From NCBI GenBank assembly GCA_951406725.2, contig OX597830.1:54622001-54686000 (forward strand): 64,000 bases of DNA. Reading direction: 5' to 3'. Below the pieces are notes generated by a model. It was not told where the DNA came from and searched no databases. It saw only the letters and a program-made list of their open reading frames with translations. Made by a program: the position numbers and the translations under genes. Shown piece after piece: positions 13,953-27,554 of this stretch. Each line of letters opens with the position of its first letter. Positions within the stretch are counted from its first letter, which is position 1. The DNA comes from Octopus vulgaris. Its lineage: Eukaryota.

Positions 13953-15258
13953 ATTGTTGTTTTGCCTAAGGTTGACTCTGATCAAGGAGGCGTAAGTTCA
14001 GAGTCTTCTCAGCCGTGACCATCCCGTCTCTTTAAGGATAAAACTACATTATCCGATGTATCCTGCCTTTTTTGCTTTTGATAATTAGGATATGATTTGA
14101 AGTATATTTAGTTTCTATTTCTAGCTGAGCGAATGATCGTGTTGAAGTTTCTCGATATTGCACTCACCCAAGTTTGAAATCAGCTATTCATCAGATTGAT
14201 CTATGATCGATTAAGTCAATGGATACATATATACAACATAGAATAATAAATATTTATGAAACGTTGTTAATCAATACTCATCAAAGATTTCATAAAAGAA
14301 TTGATTGTCAATACACTTAATTCATTATACATAGTTGTAAATCAACTTAGGGTGAAGTCACGCAACCTTGTTGGCACTTTAAAATATGTAAAGTTTATTG
14401 ACAATCGTGTTCTCCCTGTAAGGCACCAAATGTGAAACTAATGGATCTAAACGCATATCTGTGTTTGGTGATAATTAGAAATGTTGACTTAAGATGATGA
14501 ATTATAGAGTTTCATTTGTAATGGAAATATTTTGATGGGATTTTTTCGAGGGGTGGAGATAAGATGTTTGGACAATTATAAAGGGTCTTTTAGTGTTTGT
14601 TTGATTCTCATTTGGGCCAGCATCAGCTATATAAAACCCAAACAAACGAAATACTGTAGTTTAATTTAGTTACTTTTGCATCACTTTCCGAAAATGATAT
14701 CAAACTTGCTGGCTTTTACCTTCCTCTCAGTGTGGATGGTCATGTCCAGGAGGATGGTAACATAGTTGTTGTCGGTGACCAGGTGTGATTGATGCTGCTG
14801 CAACCAGTAGCATTGTTAGATGGGAAGGAGAAGTGATGATGGTGGTCCACCCCGGTCTGAGCTTTTGTTGATGCGGCACTTTCGGGTCTGCTGCATAAGC
14901 CTGTATAGGATCGGGGGTTAATTGGGGCGGCAAATTTAAGGGTTGTTTCAGACGGCACACACCCATGCTTCGCCACAGCCTGCCACTCCTCAACTCGTCC
15001 CGATCTTGTAACTCCACCATATTTTTCCAGCAGAAGTACATCGTTGCTATATTATGCTTGTGGATGTATTCAGGTTTTCACTAATTCCAGATATACAGAG
15101 ACAAAGTAGTTGATGGTTTATTTACAACTTTCACTCTTCCATTTTGAATTTGGTCCATCCTTTATGATGTGATGGCAGTCGGATCTTTGGCAGCAATCAT
15201 CAAACCTTCCGTTACGTTTAACCATTGATTTCCGTAAGGCTTTTAGCCATAGGTATAC

Positions 15259-15478
15259 CTATTTCTTTATTACCCACAAGGGGCTAAACACAGAGGGGAC
15301 AGAAAAACGGATTAAATCGATTACCTTGACCCCAGTGCGTAACTGGTACTTAATTTATTGACCCCGAAAGGATGAAAGGCAAAGTCGACCTCGGCGGAAT
15401 TTGAACTCAGAACGTAATGGCAGACGAAATACGGCTACGCACATCGCCCGGCGTGCTAACGTTTCTGCCAGCTCGCCA
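15259..15478 (-). mobile_element. Family M SINE (tRNA-like head, Meta-domain-like core, A-type tail)
   Basis: ggcgagctggcagaaacgttagcacgccgg...gagttcaaattccgccgaggtcgactttgcctttcatcctttcggggtc...gtgggtaataaagaaata. Flanked by the direct repeat gccataggta. Confidence 0.9.
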
Positions 15479-15726
15479 TAGGTACATCTTCAATTATCCT
15501 ATATATGGTTTTTGCATCCTCTTTGGCAACTACTTGTGCATTACCTCGTTCTTTCAGGTTTTCTACTGTTGAATCCGGCTCTAGAATTTTGCCTTCTCTT
15601 TCATTCATTTGGCATAAAATGTTGTCACCTAGATTCCTGTTGGTGAAATTTTAAAGTATGAAGCCCTTTCTTGAATTGCAATATTTATTTCTCGTCTTTC
15701 TCTTTTCTTTTCTGGATTGATTTGCA

Positions 15727-15958
15727 AGGCGGCGTGCAGGCAGAATCGTTATCGCGCCAGTCAAAAAGCCTAGCGGCATTTCGTCCGACTTCATGTTCTG
15801 AGTTCAAAATCCGCCGAGATCGACTTTGCCTTTCATTCTTTCGGGGGTTGATAAAATGAGTACTAGTTGAGCACTAGGATCGATTTAATCGACTTACCCG
15901 CTACACCCCCCACCACCACCACCGAAATTGCTGGCCTTGTGCCAAAATTTGAAACCAG
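15727..15958 (+). mobile_element. Family M SINE, B-type tail
   Basis: Same head and core. Tail gctggccttgtgccaaaatttgaaacca. Similar copies at 24412-24600 (+), 26546-26792 (+) and 28196-28414 (-). Confidence 0.85.
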
Positions 15959-16674
15959 TATTTCTTTCTCGCTAGAGTAGACCTGATGTTTTACGATTCA
16001 GTATAAGTCTGGCCCAAGTTGATAGCCTATCATTTTCAGGGGGTACATCTCTTCAGTCAACAGTTATACTTTTGTTTTGATGTCCAATGTTTTGATGTTA
16101 TTCATTTTTCCAGTTGGTGATATTGAAATGGTACGTCACTATAGGTATTGTCGCAGCGTTAATAGCTGTCAATCTGCTAATATGCTAGTAAGCCTGATGT
16201 CAACAAATTTGAGCTATTTACATGATTCGGCTATTTGATACGTGTTTATCTTATTTCTTATCTCTTTTTCACGTCGATATGTCAGAATATTGTTCACTGG
16301 CCATGGCAGCCAAATCGATAGTATTTGTGAATATATTTACATTTTGTAAATATCATCATCAACACTATCATCATCATTACTATCATAATCATCATCATCA
16401 CCATCGTTGTCGTCGTCATCATCATCATCATCATCATCATCATCACCATCGTTGTCGTCGTCATCATCATCATCATCATCATCATCATCACCATCGTTGT
16501 CGTCGTCATCATCATTATCATCATCATCATCAACAATAACAACAATATCGTTATACAATAAAAATAATGATTATTATTGTTGGGACAAGAACGCAAAGCA
16601 TCAGCACAGTTAGGTAATACGAAAATGGGACAACAAAAACACCCAGATAGACGATACAAGGAAAACAAGGAATA

Positions 16675-17210
16675 AACTGTCGTCTAAATTACCCAAAAAA
16701 TGAAAATAACACTGACATCTCATTTTAACAGATATATTTTACCAAAATTACATAAAAATATCTTGAAATACTAAAATCGCCTTTGACTTCTACCACGGCC
16801 TCCAGGCAACTTTGGAATCTCCTGCAACTCTTCTAAACAGTCTCTTTCTTTAAGTTGGGGAATGCTGCCATAATACTTGCCTTCTGTTCATCTTTGGTGT
16901 TACTAGGAGTTTTGTTGGTCTCTCGCTCAACTGCGCCCCACACATAATAACCAAGGGGGTTGCAGTCTGAGGAGTTAGGTGGGTAGATGTTAGGTGTGTT
17001 TTGGTCATAGGAATTGTCTGACAGCTATGACTAGGTTCTCCTGCTTGTGAGGCATGGTGCAGAGTCCTATTGCCAGACATCGGGTCTTCCAGCAGCCACC
17101 CTCTTGACCCAGAGCAGTACTAACTCCTCCAAGCACTTGATGTAGGCCTCCGTGTTGAATCTGAGGCCGTGTGCTAAGGTGAATGGAGGTATAACGTCGC
17201 CGTTACTATA
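16675..17210 (-). mobile_element. Tc1/mariner transposase C-terminal remnant
   Basis: Minus strand gives VWQ*DSAPC and PPNSSDCNPLGYYVWGAVERE (QQD.AP.H / WPP.SPD.NP.D motifs). Confidence 0.7.
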
Positions 17211-17615
17211 TGCTGTAATTTAACCCCAGAAGACATCGTCTCCAACTAGCTATACGACATGATCTGTGTCCTTATATTTTCGAACAAGGGAATCTTACAC
17301 CCCAACTCAGCTCAAAACAATACCTGTGTATTGCGATTTCCGGGTCATTTCCCTTCATCAGCACAGAGGTGGGGTTGAGTTGGGGTGCTAGATTCTCTTG
17401 TTCGAAAATATATGGACACAGATCGCGTCGTAATGCCAGCTGGCGACAATATCTCCTGGAGCTAAATTGCAGCAACATTCGTCCTAACCCAGGACTGCCA
17501 TGTTATGTTGGCAAACAATCTTTACTCCAAAGTACTGTTGCTGAATACCTCTCGTTGTGAGATTTAAAAATAGTAATTTTCTAAACGCCATCAATGTCTA
17601 TAACCTTACACACAC

Positions 17616-17653
<38 letters not shown>

Positions 17654-18031
17654 GCACACATACATATACATATGTAGATATAAACATATATAAGCTTATA
17701 CATACATATAAACATACACACAAACATGTGTATATACATATATGTGTATGTGTGTGTGTGTGTGTATTGTATATGTATTCATATGTTTTTTTTTTTACTG
17801 AAAATCTTCCTATGGGAAACTAATGCTATAATTAATAATCTACTTTTCGAGTTGACTTCATGCATTTCAAACTTTTTAAAACCTTTTGAATATTTAAAAA
17901 AAAACATTTGTTTCTTTTATTCTTTTCGTTTCTGTAAAAAGAAAGAAAAAAATCGAATCTTGCTTCTTAATATTTGTAAATTCATGTTTGTATAAAAAAT
18001 GCAACAACAACGACAACAAATAATAATAACG

Positions 18032-18080
<49 letters not shown>

Positions 18081-19111
18081 CAACAACAACAACAATAACA
18101 ATAATAATAACAACAATAACAACAATAATAATGATAATGATGATGATGATAATTTTATAGTAAAAACATACAAAAAAATTAGGAGGGAAAAAAATTAGAA
18201 AATGGCTGCCTTTCTGAAAGCGAGAAAATCATTTTAGAAAATTATCGAAGTTAATCAATAAATCAATAAGAGAACGGATGGTAAAATATCTAATAATGGA
18301 TAGAATGTATTCTGTTCTGACTAAACCCTTGATTTATATTTATATTTGGTGTGTCTTGTGTGTTTTATTGTGTAATTCTTTGAGTGAGCGTGTATGTGTG
18401 TGTATGTGTGTGAGTGTGAATGTGAGTATGCGTGTGTGTGTGTATTTAGCCTATGTAAGAGTATTTTCTGTGTGTTTCACTGATTGTGTGTTCAGAGGTG
18501 GTGTGTCTTTAAGAAATGTTGGCAGTGTATGTATTTCGTATGTCTCACCGAGTGTCGAGCATTTCTAGCGTGCGTGTGTATGTGCGTGAGGAGTGAGTGT
18601 GAGTTTTTACTCCGTAGGCTTTTCGTGTGGGATGTTTTAGAATGCGGGAGTTTTAGTGTTTGTTTTAGAGAGGTGGTGGTGGTGGGGGTGGGGTGGCGGT
18701 TAGAGTGAAAGATTAGAGCGTTTTTTTAGCGTGGGTTTTTGCTTGAGAGACAGTGGTTAGACTGGGGGGGTGTTGGTGTGGGGGTTTTAGTCCCCCCCCC
18801 CCCCCACCGTTTCAGCAGAGAGAGGAGATGGCTGGTTACTGCGGTTTTAGTTGAACGTGATTTTGGAAACTTCGTTTTTACATCATTTTATTTTATATTT
18901 GCAGAGCATGTATTTTTGGCATATGTATTTCTTGGGTAATTGAGTCTGTAAACGTGTATGGGTATATGAGCGTGTGTGTGTGTGTGTGTATGTGTGTGTG
19001 TGTGTGTATGAAAGTGTGTGCAAGTGTAGATATGTGTATATATGTATCTGTATGTGAATATATGTGAATGTCTGTGCATGTATATGCATGTATGTCTATA
19101 AATTTGTATAT

Positions 19112-19244
<133 letters not shown>

Positions 19245-19470
19245 ATATATAAATATGTATATAAATGCATGCATATATACATACATGTGTGTGTGTGTGT
19301 GTGTTTAGTCTGCGCTTTATTTCCCGTTCTTAGTAGCATTGAATTTCTACTGCGTGTATACTTCAATTAGATTATTAATCATCATCACCATCATCATCCT
19401 CATCATCATCATCATCATCACCAATTATTATTATTACAATTATTATTATTACAATTATTATTATTATTAC

Positions 19471-19578
<108 letters not shown>

Positions 19579-20010
19579 CATTCATCGTGCCACGCAATAT
19601 ACTTATAAACTTTTCTTTTGTTATAGTTAGCGAATGTGCTTACTTTTCTCCCCCCCCCCCCCACCACCACCACAGTTCTTCCTTCTCTCAATCATCCGTA
19701 AATAATACTTTATACCCATTCATACGTAGACACACGCACACGCACACACACCCACACCCACATCTATTCACTTTTGTTCTGGTTTAATAAATGGCTGAAT
19801 CTATTCCAAAAATATTTCAGAAGGTTGCTGACAAATATAGACAATTAAGTTCATGTGTAACATACACACGCAAAAGAACACACACACACACACGCAAATA
19901 CGCATGTGTGTGTGTGTTTTAGTGTAAGCGTGTCAGAGTTTTATTACACATATATAAGCATGTATATATATCTATTTTTATCTTTGCCTGTCTACTTACT
20001 TGCTTGTCTG

Positions 20011-20111
<101 letters not shown>

Positions 20112-20432
20112 TTACCCATATATGCGTGTCTGTGCATGTGTATCTGTATCTAATATAGACTTGTACACACACACATAAATACATATATACACACATTTAT
20201 ACGTATATATATACGCACATGCACATGTATGTAGATATGTATATACATATTTATATATATATATATATATACACACACAACTATAAGAGAGAATCCACTA
20301 TGTGGACGCTCTTACGCTAGATATAGATCCGCAAAGGGACTCAACCACTAAGAACTGTTCTCAAGAAATAATTCAACACACCAAGAACGTAAGCGAGCAG
20401 GACAAATGAAAAATAACGAAAATATAGATTAA

Positions 20433-20506
20433 CCCCATTCAATTGTTTCACCGTTAATAAATTATGTAACTTTACTTACATAAATATCCTCGGATCATCA
20501 GTGGAG
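20433..20506 (-). ncRNA. Decayed hammerhead ribozyme motif (Penelope-like)
   Basis: ctcca-CTGATGA-tccg...ttatgtaa gtaaag ttacataa...cggt-GAAAC-aatt-GAA-tgggg. Stem I has 5 bp. The cleavage triplet appears mutated (GTA>GAA). Confidence 0.55.
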
Positions 20507-20739
20507 TACGTCATAGAATATAATTTGTCGAACTGCACGCCATATATTAACACGAGGTCAGAGAGACTAACAGTTCGGCCGATTATATTCATAGTTACAT
20601 TCAAATGCCCTCGTTCTGGCGCGCTAAATTCCCGGAAATAAATACTGCATAAGTAATTTACAGCAGTAGTTTACGCCGGTTTGAGAACATATTAATTTAT
20701 AATTGAAGTCAAAATATCCAATTTTTTCACCCTCATTTT

Positions 20740-20789
<50 letters not shown>

Positions 20790-20925
20790 TCATGCATAAA
20801 TGTAAGTATGTATGTTTATATATGTGTATGTGTGTATGTGTGTGCGTATGTGTGTGCGTATGTGTGTGCGTATGTGTGTTAGTGTGTGTGTACACAAATA
20901 TATGTGAATATATACATATATATAT

Positions 20926-20957
<32 letters not shown>

Positions 20958-21007
20958 ATACATTCATGCATACATTTATTTGTATATTTAAATGTGAATA
21001 TATATAT

Positions 21008-21074
<67 letters not shown>

Positions 21075-21189
21075 CATATATGTATATATCAATTAAAATT
21101 AAGGATGAAATCTCTAAAGGATTTCATCAAGTCGTTAGCATGTAAAAACCAATTCAGGTAAAAATTAATACAAAGAATATAATTTTATA

Positions 21190-22671
21190 AATATCGACCT
21201 GGTCGGCGAGACACAAAAAGAATACGAAACGGTAACGGGAGCAAAAATTAACCGGGAAAAGTCAGTGGGCTTGCGGTTCGGCACCTGGAGAAGCAAGCTC
21301 ATACCGTCCAACAGCGTCTCCATCGTGGGACACTGGACCGACGGACCGGTTAAATTGCTCGGTGTCTGGTTCGGTCCGGACCTCCAAATGGAGAAGAACT
21401 GGGGCGAAATAACGACTAGAGTGGCCACTCTCACCCAGCAATGGGCCGAGAGGAAGCTATCCCCAAAAGGTCGGCCGGAGGTGGTGAACGCGTACATCAC
21501 ATCCGTCATCGATTACCGTCTGACCGTCGTGCCTTGTCCCGACCCTACAATCACCAAACTGGAGTGCATACTCTTCCGTTTCTTGTAGAAGTTCCGATGG
21601 TTAGGTGATCCACTTGCTGTCATCAATACACACGCTAAACGGAGGGCTAGGCATGCCGTAGTTGATGATGCACTGAGACTGCAACATCTCCAGCGCTTCA
21701 TAGACGATGGTGAACAGGTGTGGTCATCGTCTGTGCGGCGCGCTTTCCCGCAGCTCGTCTCCTTCGCCGAACTGCAGTCGTGGATCAAACAGAAAACGAG
21801 GCTAAGCGAATAGCACCGCGAGTGTCGCGTTGATCTAAAGCAACTCTGCTGTACGGGATCAAACTTGTGTGACTTCATTACAACAAAGGCGTTCTATAGA
21901 GGATTAGTGGAGGGGAGGTGCGACGACATTCTTGAGCAGAATCTGGGCATCGACGAGGAACACCTGACTCGCCTGTTCAGGACAACTTCCAGGCCGGGAT
22001 CTATGGACAATCACCAAAGATCCCTGACCTGGCAGTGCTATCGAGAAGCATTACCCGTTCGGGATAAGCTCTACAGGCACGGTTCGAGACGCACCGGACC
22101 GACTTGCCCGAGATGCGGTCAGAGCGACGAAACCGTTCTCCACGCACTCGTGCTGTGTCCAACCATTTCGGACATGTGGGCTTATGCCGAACAGCTGCTG
22201 TCGCGTGTGGGACGAGTCCGCCTATCGGCCGAGTCTATCGTGAAATTTGCTCCGCCCCCTTCCCTCAACCGGGAAGGCAAGGCAGTTTTCATCGTACTGG
22301 TGGCCATGGTGAAAGAATGTGTGTGGTGGACCCGAACGAAAGGATTAGAGACAAACACTTACCTCTCTGGCCAATCGCTCATCAACTTTTTCAAGTACCA
22401 CTTGAAAAGGAAGGTGAGAATAGAGAGGGAAGTTTTGTCTCGCGAAATATTCAAAAAAAGATGGTGCGTGCGAGTGACGAAACCATTTTGAGCATGACCC
22501 TGTAAATCGTAAAAAAAAGAGAGAGAGAGAGCATTTTGCTCTCATGTGGTTATTTCCTCCCTGACTGAGGTTCTTACATTTAATTTCCTTATTTTCCACC
22601 CTCGAAAAGAAAAGCTCTACATTTGCATTTGTCCCCTCTGTATTCAGCCCTGCGTGGCTAATAAAAGAAAG

Positions 22672-22672
<1 letters not shown>
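21190..22672 (+). mobile_element. 5'-truncated, decayed Tx1-clade LINE (different subfamily from 34961-40295)
   Basis: GAKINREKSVGL, WTDGPVKLLGVWFGP, YRLTVVPCPD, SLTWQCYR.ALPV.DKL and CPRCG..DETV.HA...C all align with ORF2 at 36646-40047. It has stops and frameshifts. The 3' end ttgtcccctctgtattcagccctgcgtggctaataaaagaaa is followed by (TATC)n. Confidence 0.9.
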
Positions 22673-22751
<79 letters not shown>

Positions 22752-23136
22752 TTATCTATACATCCAGCCATCATCCATACATACACATCTATCTATCTAT
22801 CTATCTATCTATCTATTTATCTATACATCCAGCCATCATCCATACATACACATACATGCATGCATACATACATACATACATACATACATACATACATACA
22901 TACACACACGCATACATACATGCTTGCATACTTGCATATCTAACAATTTCTAAAGAAAGTCATCCTCATTAGTTTATGAAATGGCACCAAGAACAAAGGT
23001 TCGGGCAAAAGAAAGAAGAAAAAAACTGGAAGTACTTGAAAAACCTCCTTCAGATCGTTTTTATCTTTTCATGGCAATAATGCTTATATTACCACCCTAG
23101 CAACACCATGACAACCATTATTATAAGTTGGCTAAT

Positions 23137-23208
<72 letters not shown>

Positions 23209-23259
23209 AGCTGCTATTGCTATTGCTATCATTATTATTATTATTATTATAATTTAAGT

Positions 23260-24040
23260 GTCGAAATGGCAGAATCGTTAGTATACCGGACAAAATGGTT
23301 AATGATGCGTAGACATAGGCTGAGGCTACGACATATCCAGCGGTGAGCAAATGTTAGATGTGCTTTTCCGTAGCACGCCTCTTTGACAAAGCTTCAGTCC
23401 TGGATCAAGTGTAGACCGAGTGAGGGCACCTGGCACCTTGCGAGCCTGCAGGCACTCGCAACCCTCTGCCGGATATTCCATCGTGGCGCTCTGCAGAGGA
23501 TGGCAAAAGCGAGTCGGAAGGTGGAGTGTGATATGTGAAGGACGGCCTGATGCTACTCCTAGCAAGTAGGGTGGTTTAGGCTCTGTGGTTTTCCTTGGTT
23601 TCCCTTTGGTGGACTTTTCCTCCTACAGGGGAATTTGTTGGAATTTCTTTTGTTAATTGTTATTCTAAATTATCGTTTAAGTTTGTCTTTGTATTGATCT
23701 GAATGTTTTTGCGGCCCTAAGATTACTAAAGAAATTATCATAATTATATTAGTTGGTGTTTTTACTGCTATTGATGGTGATAATGCGGTCAGTGGATGTT
23801 CTCCCGTGGTGTTCAATAGAGGATTAGTGGAAAGAGTGACGTCGAAAGGTGGGAAATGTGGAAAAGATGACCCGAGTGAGTGGGCCTACTCCAAGTTGGC
23901 GTCTGTAGGCTGGTGAGTACGGAGAAGAGAAGTGTACTTACCATGGCACGCCTAAGAGCGTCGGAAAAGAAAGCGTTTGTCGTGCTTGTTCTAGGTCTTT
24001 ACATTCTGAGTTCAAATCCCGCCTTGTATCAACTTTGCTC
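23260..24040 (+). mobile_element. Family M SINE head, internally deleted Tx1 remnants, then SINE body fragment
   Basis: gaaatggcagaatcgttagtataccggacaaaat joins directly to ggttaatgatgcgtagacat (WLMMRRH.LRLRH, as in Tx1 ORF2). A tail-like ctaaagaaatt is at ~23735. atagaggattagtgg at ~23816 matches 21896. The SINE resumes at ttctgagttcaaatcccgcc ~24004. Confidence 0.65.
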
Positions 24041-25061
24041 ATCATCACAACGACAACACCAACAGCAAAAACAACAGTCATCATTTGCTAACGCTCTCGG
24101 TCAAAAGAAATGGTATAACTTGAGTCAGCTTAAGGTGACTGATGATGTAGAGCAGAACGTCCAGCTGCTGGGTGTGCTTTCTGAATTTTAAACACTCTCA
24201 GAGGAAGCCTTTATCTACTAATTGTGTAGGTAATCTAAGATAAACGATGTTTCTATTACGTAAATGATACACTACTGCATGCTTATTTAATCTGCCGAAC
24301 AACCCCAGCCCAAAGCTGAGGTAATTTTCTTCAGCCATATTGCTAGTATTACTGACTGCATAACAAACGTACGAACTACATGAGCAATAAATACGTATAT
24401 TGTGCATATTAGGTGGCGAGCAGACAGAATCATTAGCACGCCGGACAAAATGCTTAGCGGCATTTGGTCCGTCTTTATGTACAGAGTTCAAATTCCGCCG
24501 AAGTCGTCATTACATTTCATCCTTTCGGGGTCGATAAAAACAAGTATCACTTGATCACTAGGGTCAATGTAATCTCCTCCTCCGAAACTGGTGGGTTTGT
24601 GTCTAAATCAGACTGGAACCTAGTACAGCTCTGTGGCTTACCAGTTCCAATCAAATCGTCTAACCCATGAAAAAAGGGACGCTAAATGATGGTGATGATG
24701 ATGATGATGTGTCTGTGTTCTGTGTGTTATAAATGTATATATTAATTAGTACCATCCCCACTCTCCATAGTGTTGGTAGTTGTACAAATATCATAAATTA
24801 GTCTATGTAATTTCAAGAGAAAGGAAGACAACGTAGTATTTAATTGAAAACTTGTTCATTATTATCGTATTCGTCTTCGGTTATAGAATATTATTTTAGA
24901 TTTATGCACCGGAGCGGAACATTCCGCTCTTATTAGCACCATTCTCTGCTGAAAAAAAAATATCAATAAAAAAAACTAAGCAAACATTTAAAGGCAAATT
25001 CCAATCAAAAACAATGAAGTGGAAGCGATGTACGTGCAGATCAATACACGATGTCTGTCTA

Positions 25062-25099
<38 letters not shown>

Positions 25100-25201
25100 A
25101 GTCTGTTTGTCTGTCTGTCTGTATTTATGTATGTGTCAATATCATAGTTAACTGATGAACTGTCAGGTGAAATTGAGCAGTGTTTGTATACGTACGTATA
25201 T

Positions 25202-25279
<78 letters not shown>

Positions 25280-25465
25280 TTATTTATATGTATGTATGTA
25301 TATATATATGTGTATGTATTGTATGTATATATCAGCCGAAATTGCTAGGATGATCCGGTTCCTAACTGAAGATTAGAGGCTTCGAATGACCCGTCCGTTT
25401 TTTGTGTCGTCTCTTTGCGTGTTTTGCGTTCTTGTCCCATTTTGTGTTTTTAATTATAATTTTTA

Positions 25466-25511
<46 letters not shown>

Positions 25512-25783
25512 AATATATATATATATATGTATGTATATATGTATAGATAGATAGATATAAGACTTTATAAATTTTGAAAGAGCGTGAAATAATTCTTTTT
25601 GGGAACGGTGGATCTCGAAGCTGACGAAACAATAAATAACTGTCTTCGACCTTGCCTATTCAAAGAATTTTTAAAATCCAATATTGTTTACATGCTATTA
25701 CCTATAGCTTTATCTCCTTCGAAATCCGCTGCTCTAAAAGAGAATTGCACATATAAGTATACACATATAAGTATACACACGGA

Positions 25784-25834
<51 letters not shown>

Positions 25835-26141
25835 ACTCGCGCGCACGCAACATGCACGCACGCACACATACATGTTGTTCGTGCCCGCTGTATTTTGGTT
25901 ATAACCGGATAATGAGACCAAGCGGGCAGAAACACTCTCTTGTCCTGTGCGGCAATGCTGGGGCACCCCCTTGAGGAATGAATCCGTTCTAGTATTTTTT
26001 GTCTTAGTCTGGTATTTATTCTATCGACCCCTTTTACATGACCACTAAGTCACATGGACGTAAACACACCAACATTGGTTGTCAAGCGGTGTTGGGGAAC
26101 AAACACCGACACAAAGATATTCCCACCAACCAATACACACG

Positions 26142-26220
<79 letters not shown>

Positions 26221-27130
26221 CATATATGTAGCATGAGTCCCCATGATTGATCGCTAAATCCACAAGTTTTTAATCCTCTGTTTATTTCCTCGTGTTCCTT
26301 TCTGTTGAGGAGCGTTGGCTCGAAATGTAAAAGACTTTCTCACTTTCCCAAGCGTCAAACTAATACACCTGCTTGTTGTTCATACACCTGCCTTCGTCTT
26401 TTGTTTCTTCTCTAAATTTCAACTATATATTTATATGTGTGTGTATGTGTGTGTGTGTGTGAGCATGTATATGCACACACACACATACGCATACATGCAT
26501 CACGTTAATATGTGTCTGTGTATGTACATTCATCTATGAGTACGTGGCGAGATGGCAGAATCGATAGTACGCTGGGCAAAATGCGGCGAGATGGCAGAAT
26601 CGATAGTACGCTGGGCAAAATGCTTAATAGAATTTCGTCGGTCTTTAGGTTCCGAGTTCAAATTCTGTTCAGGCCGAATTTTCCTTTCATCCTTTCGGGG
26701 TCGATAAAAATAAGTACCAGTTGAGCACTGGGGTTTGTAATTAACTTACTCCTCCCACAAAATTGCTGGCCTTGTAAAAAATTTTGAAACCAATATATTT
26801 AATACACAGATCAGTTTTTTTTTTAATATAACTATCTAGAAATAAATACATGGTCAAAAAAGGAGTTAATGTTATTATTACCAGCAAGTTCAGAAGAAAT
26901 CCTTGCATATGTTTTCATCTTATTTTGACCTCTTTAGTAAGAATAGCCTCCCCTTGTATGTACTGAAACAGCGATGGAGTAATCACTGAGTGAATATATA
27001 TGGATTAATGGATTATGTGATATAGGTTGACATGTCTTCTCCGTAGTAAGAAGAGGTTATGGCTGAGTGAATCGATGTGGCATGGGGGAAATTGTAGTTG
27101 CAGTGGGAGAAACTATAGCTTAAGAGGTGA

Positions 27131-27554
27131 TCTTATTTCTTATTTCTTTATTGCCCACAAGGGGCTAAACACAGAGGGGACAAACAAGGACAGACAAACG
27201 GATTAAGTCGATTACATCGATCCCAGTGCGTAACTGGTACTTAATTTATCGACCCCGAAAGGATGAAAGGCAAAGTCGACCTCGGTGGAATTTGAACTCA
27301 GAACATAACGGCAGGCGAAATACGTATTTCTTTATTACCCACAAGGGGCTAAACACAGAGGGGACAAACAAGGACAGACATAGGTATTAAGTCGATTACA
27401 TCGACCCCAGTGCGTAACTGGTGCTTAATTTATCGACCCCGAAAGGATGAAAGGCAAAGTTGACCTCGGTGGAATTTGAACTCAGAACATAACGGCAGGC
27501 GAAATACGGCTACGCATTTCGCCCGGCGTGCTAACGTTTCTGCCAACTCGCCTT
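27131..27554 (-). mobile_element. Family M SINE dimer (one head, two bodies)
   Basis: Internal junction aaagaaata|cgtatttcgcctgccg at ~27324. Confidence 0.92.

Larger units (their letters stand above)
15040..16170 (-). mobile_element. R4/Dong-clade LINE remnant, interrupted by two SINEs
   Basis: Minus strand ~15215-15180 translates VTEGLMIAAKDP (cf. ETEG.I.AAQDQ of R4/Dong RTs). Heavily decayed. Confidence 0.55.

Noticed and set aside
23880-24191. 103-aa ORF
   Set aside because: Runs across Tx1 and SINE remnants and a (CAA) tract; no splice signals or domain.
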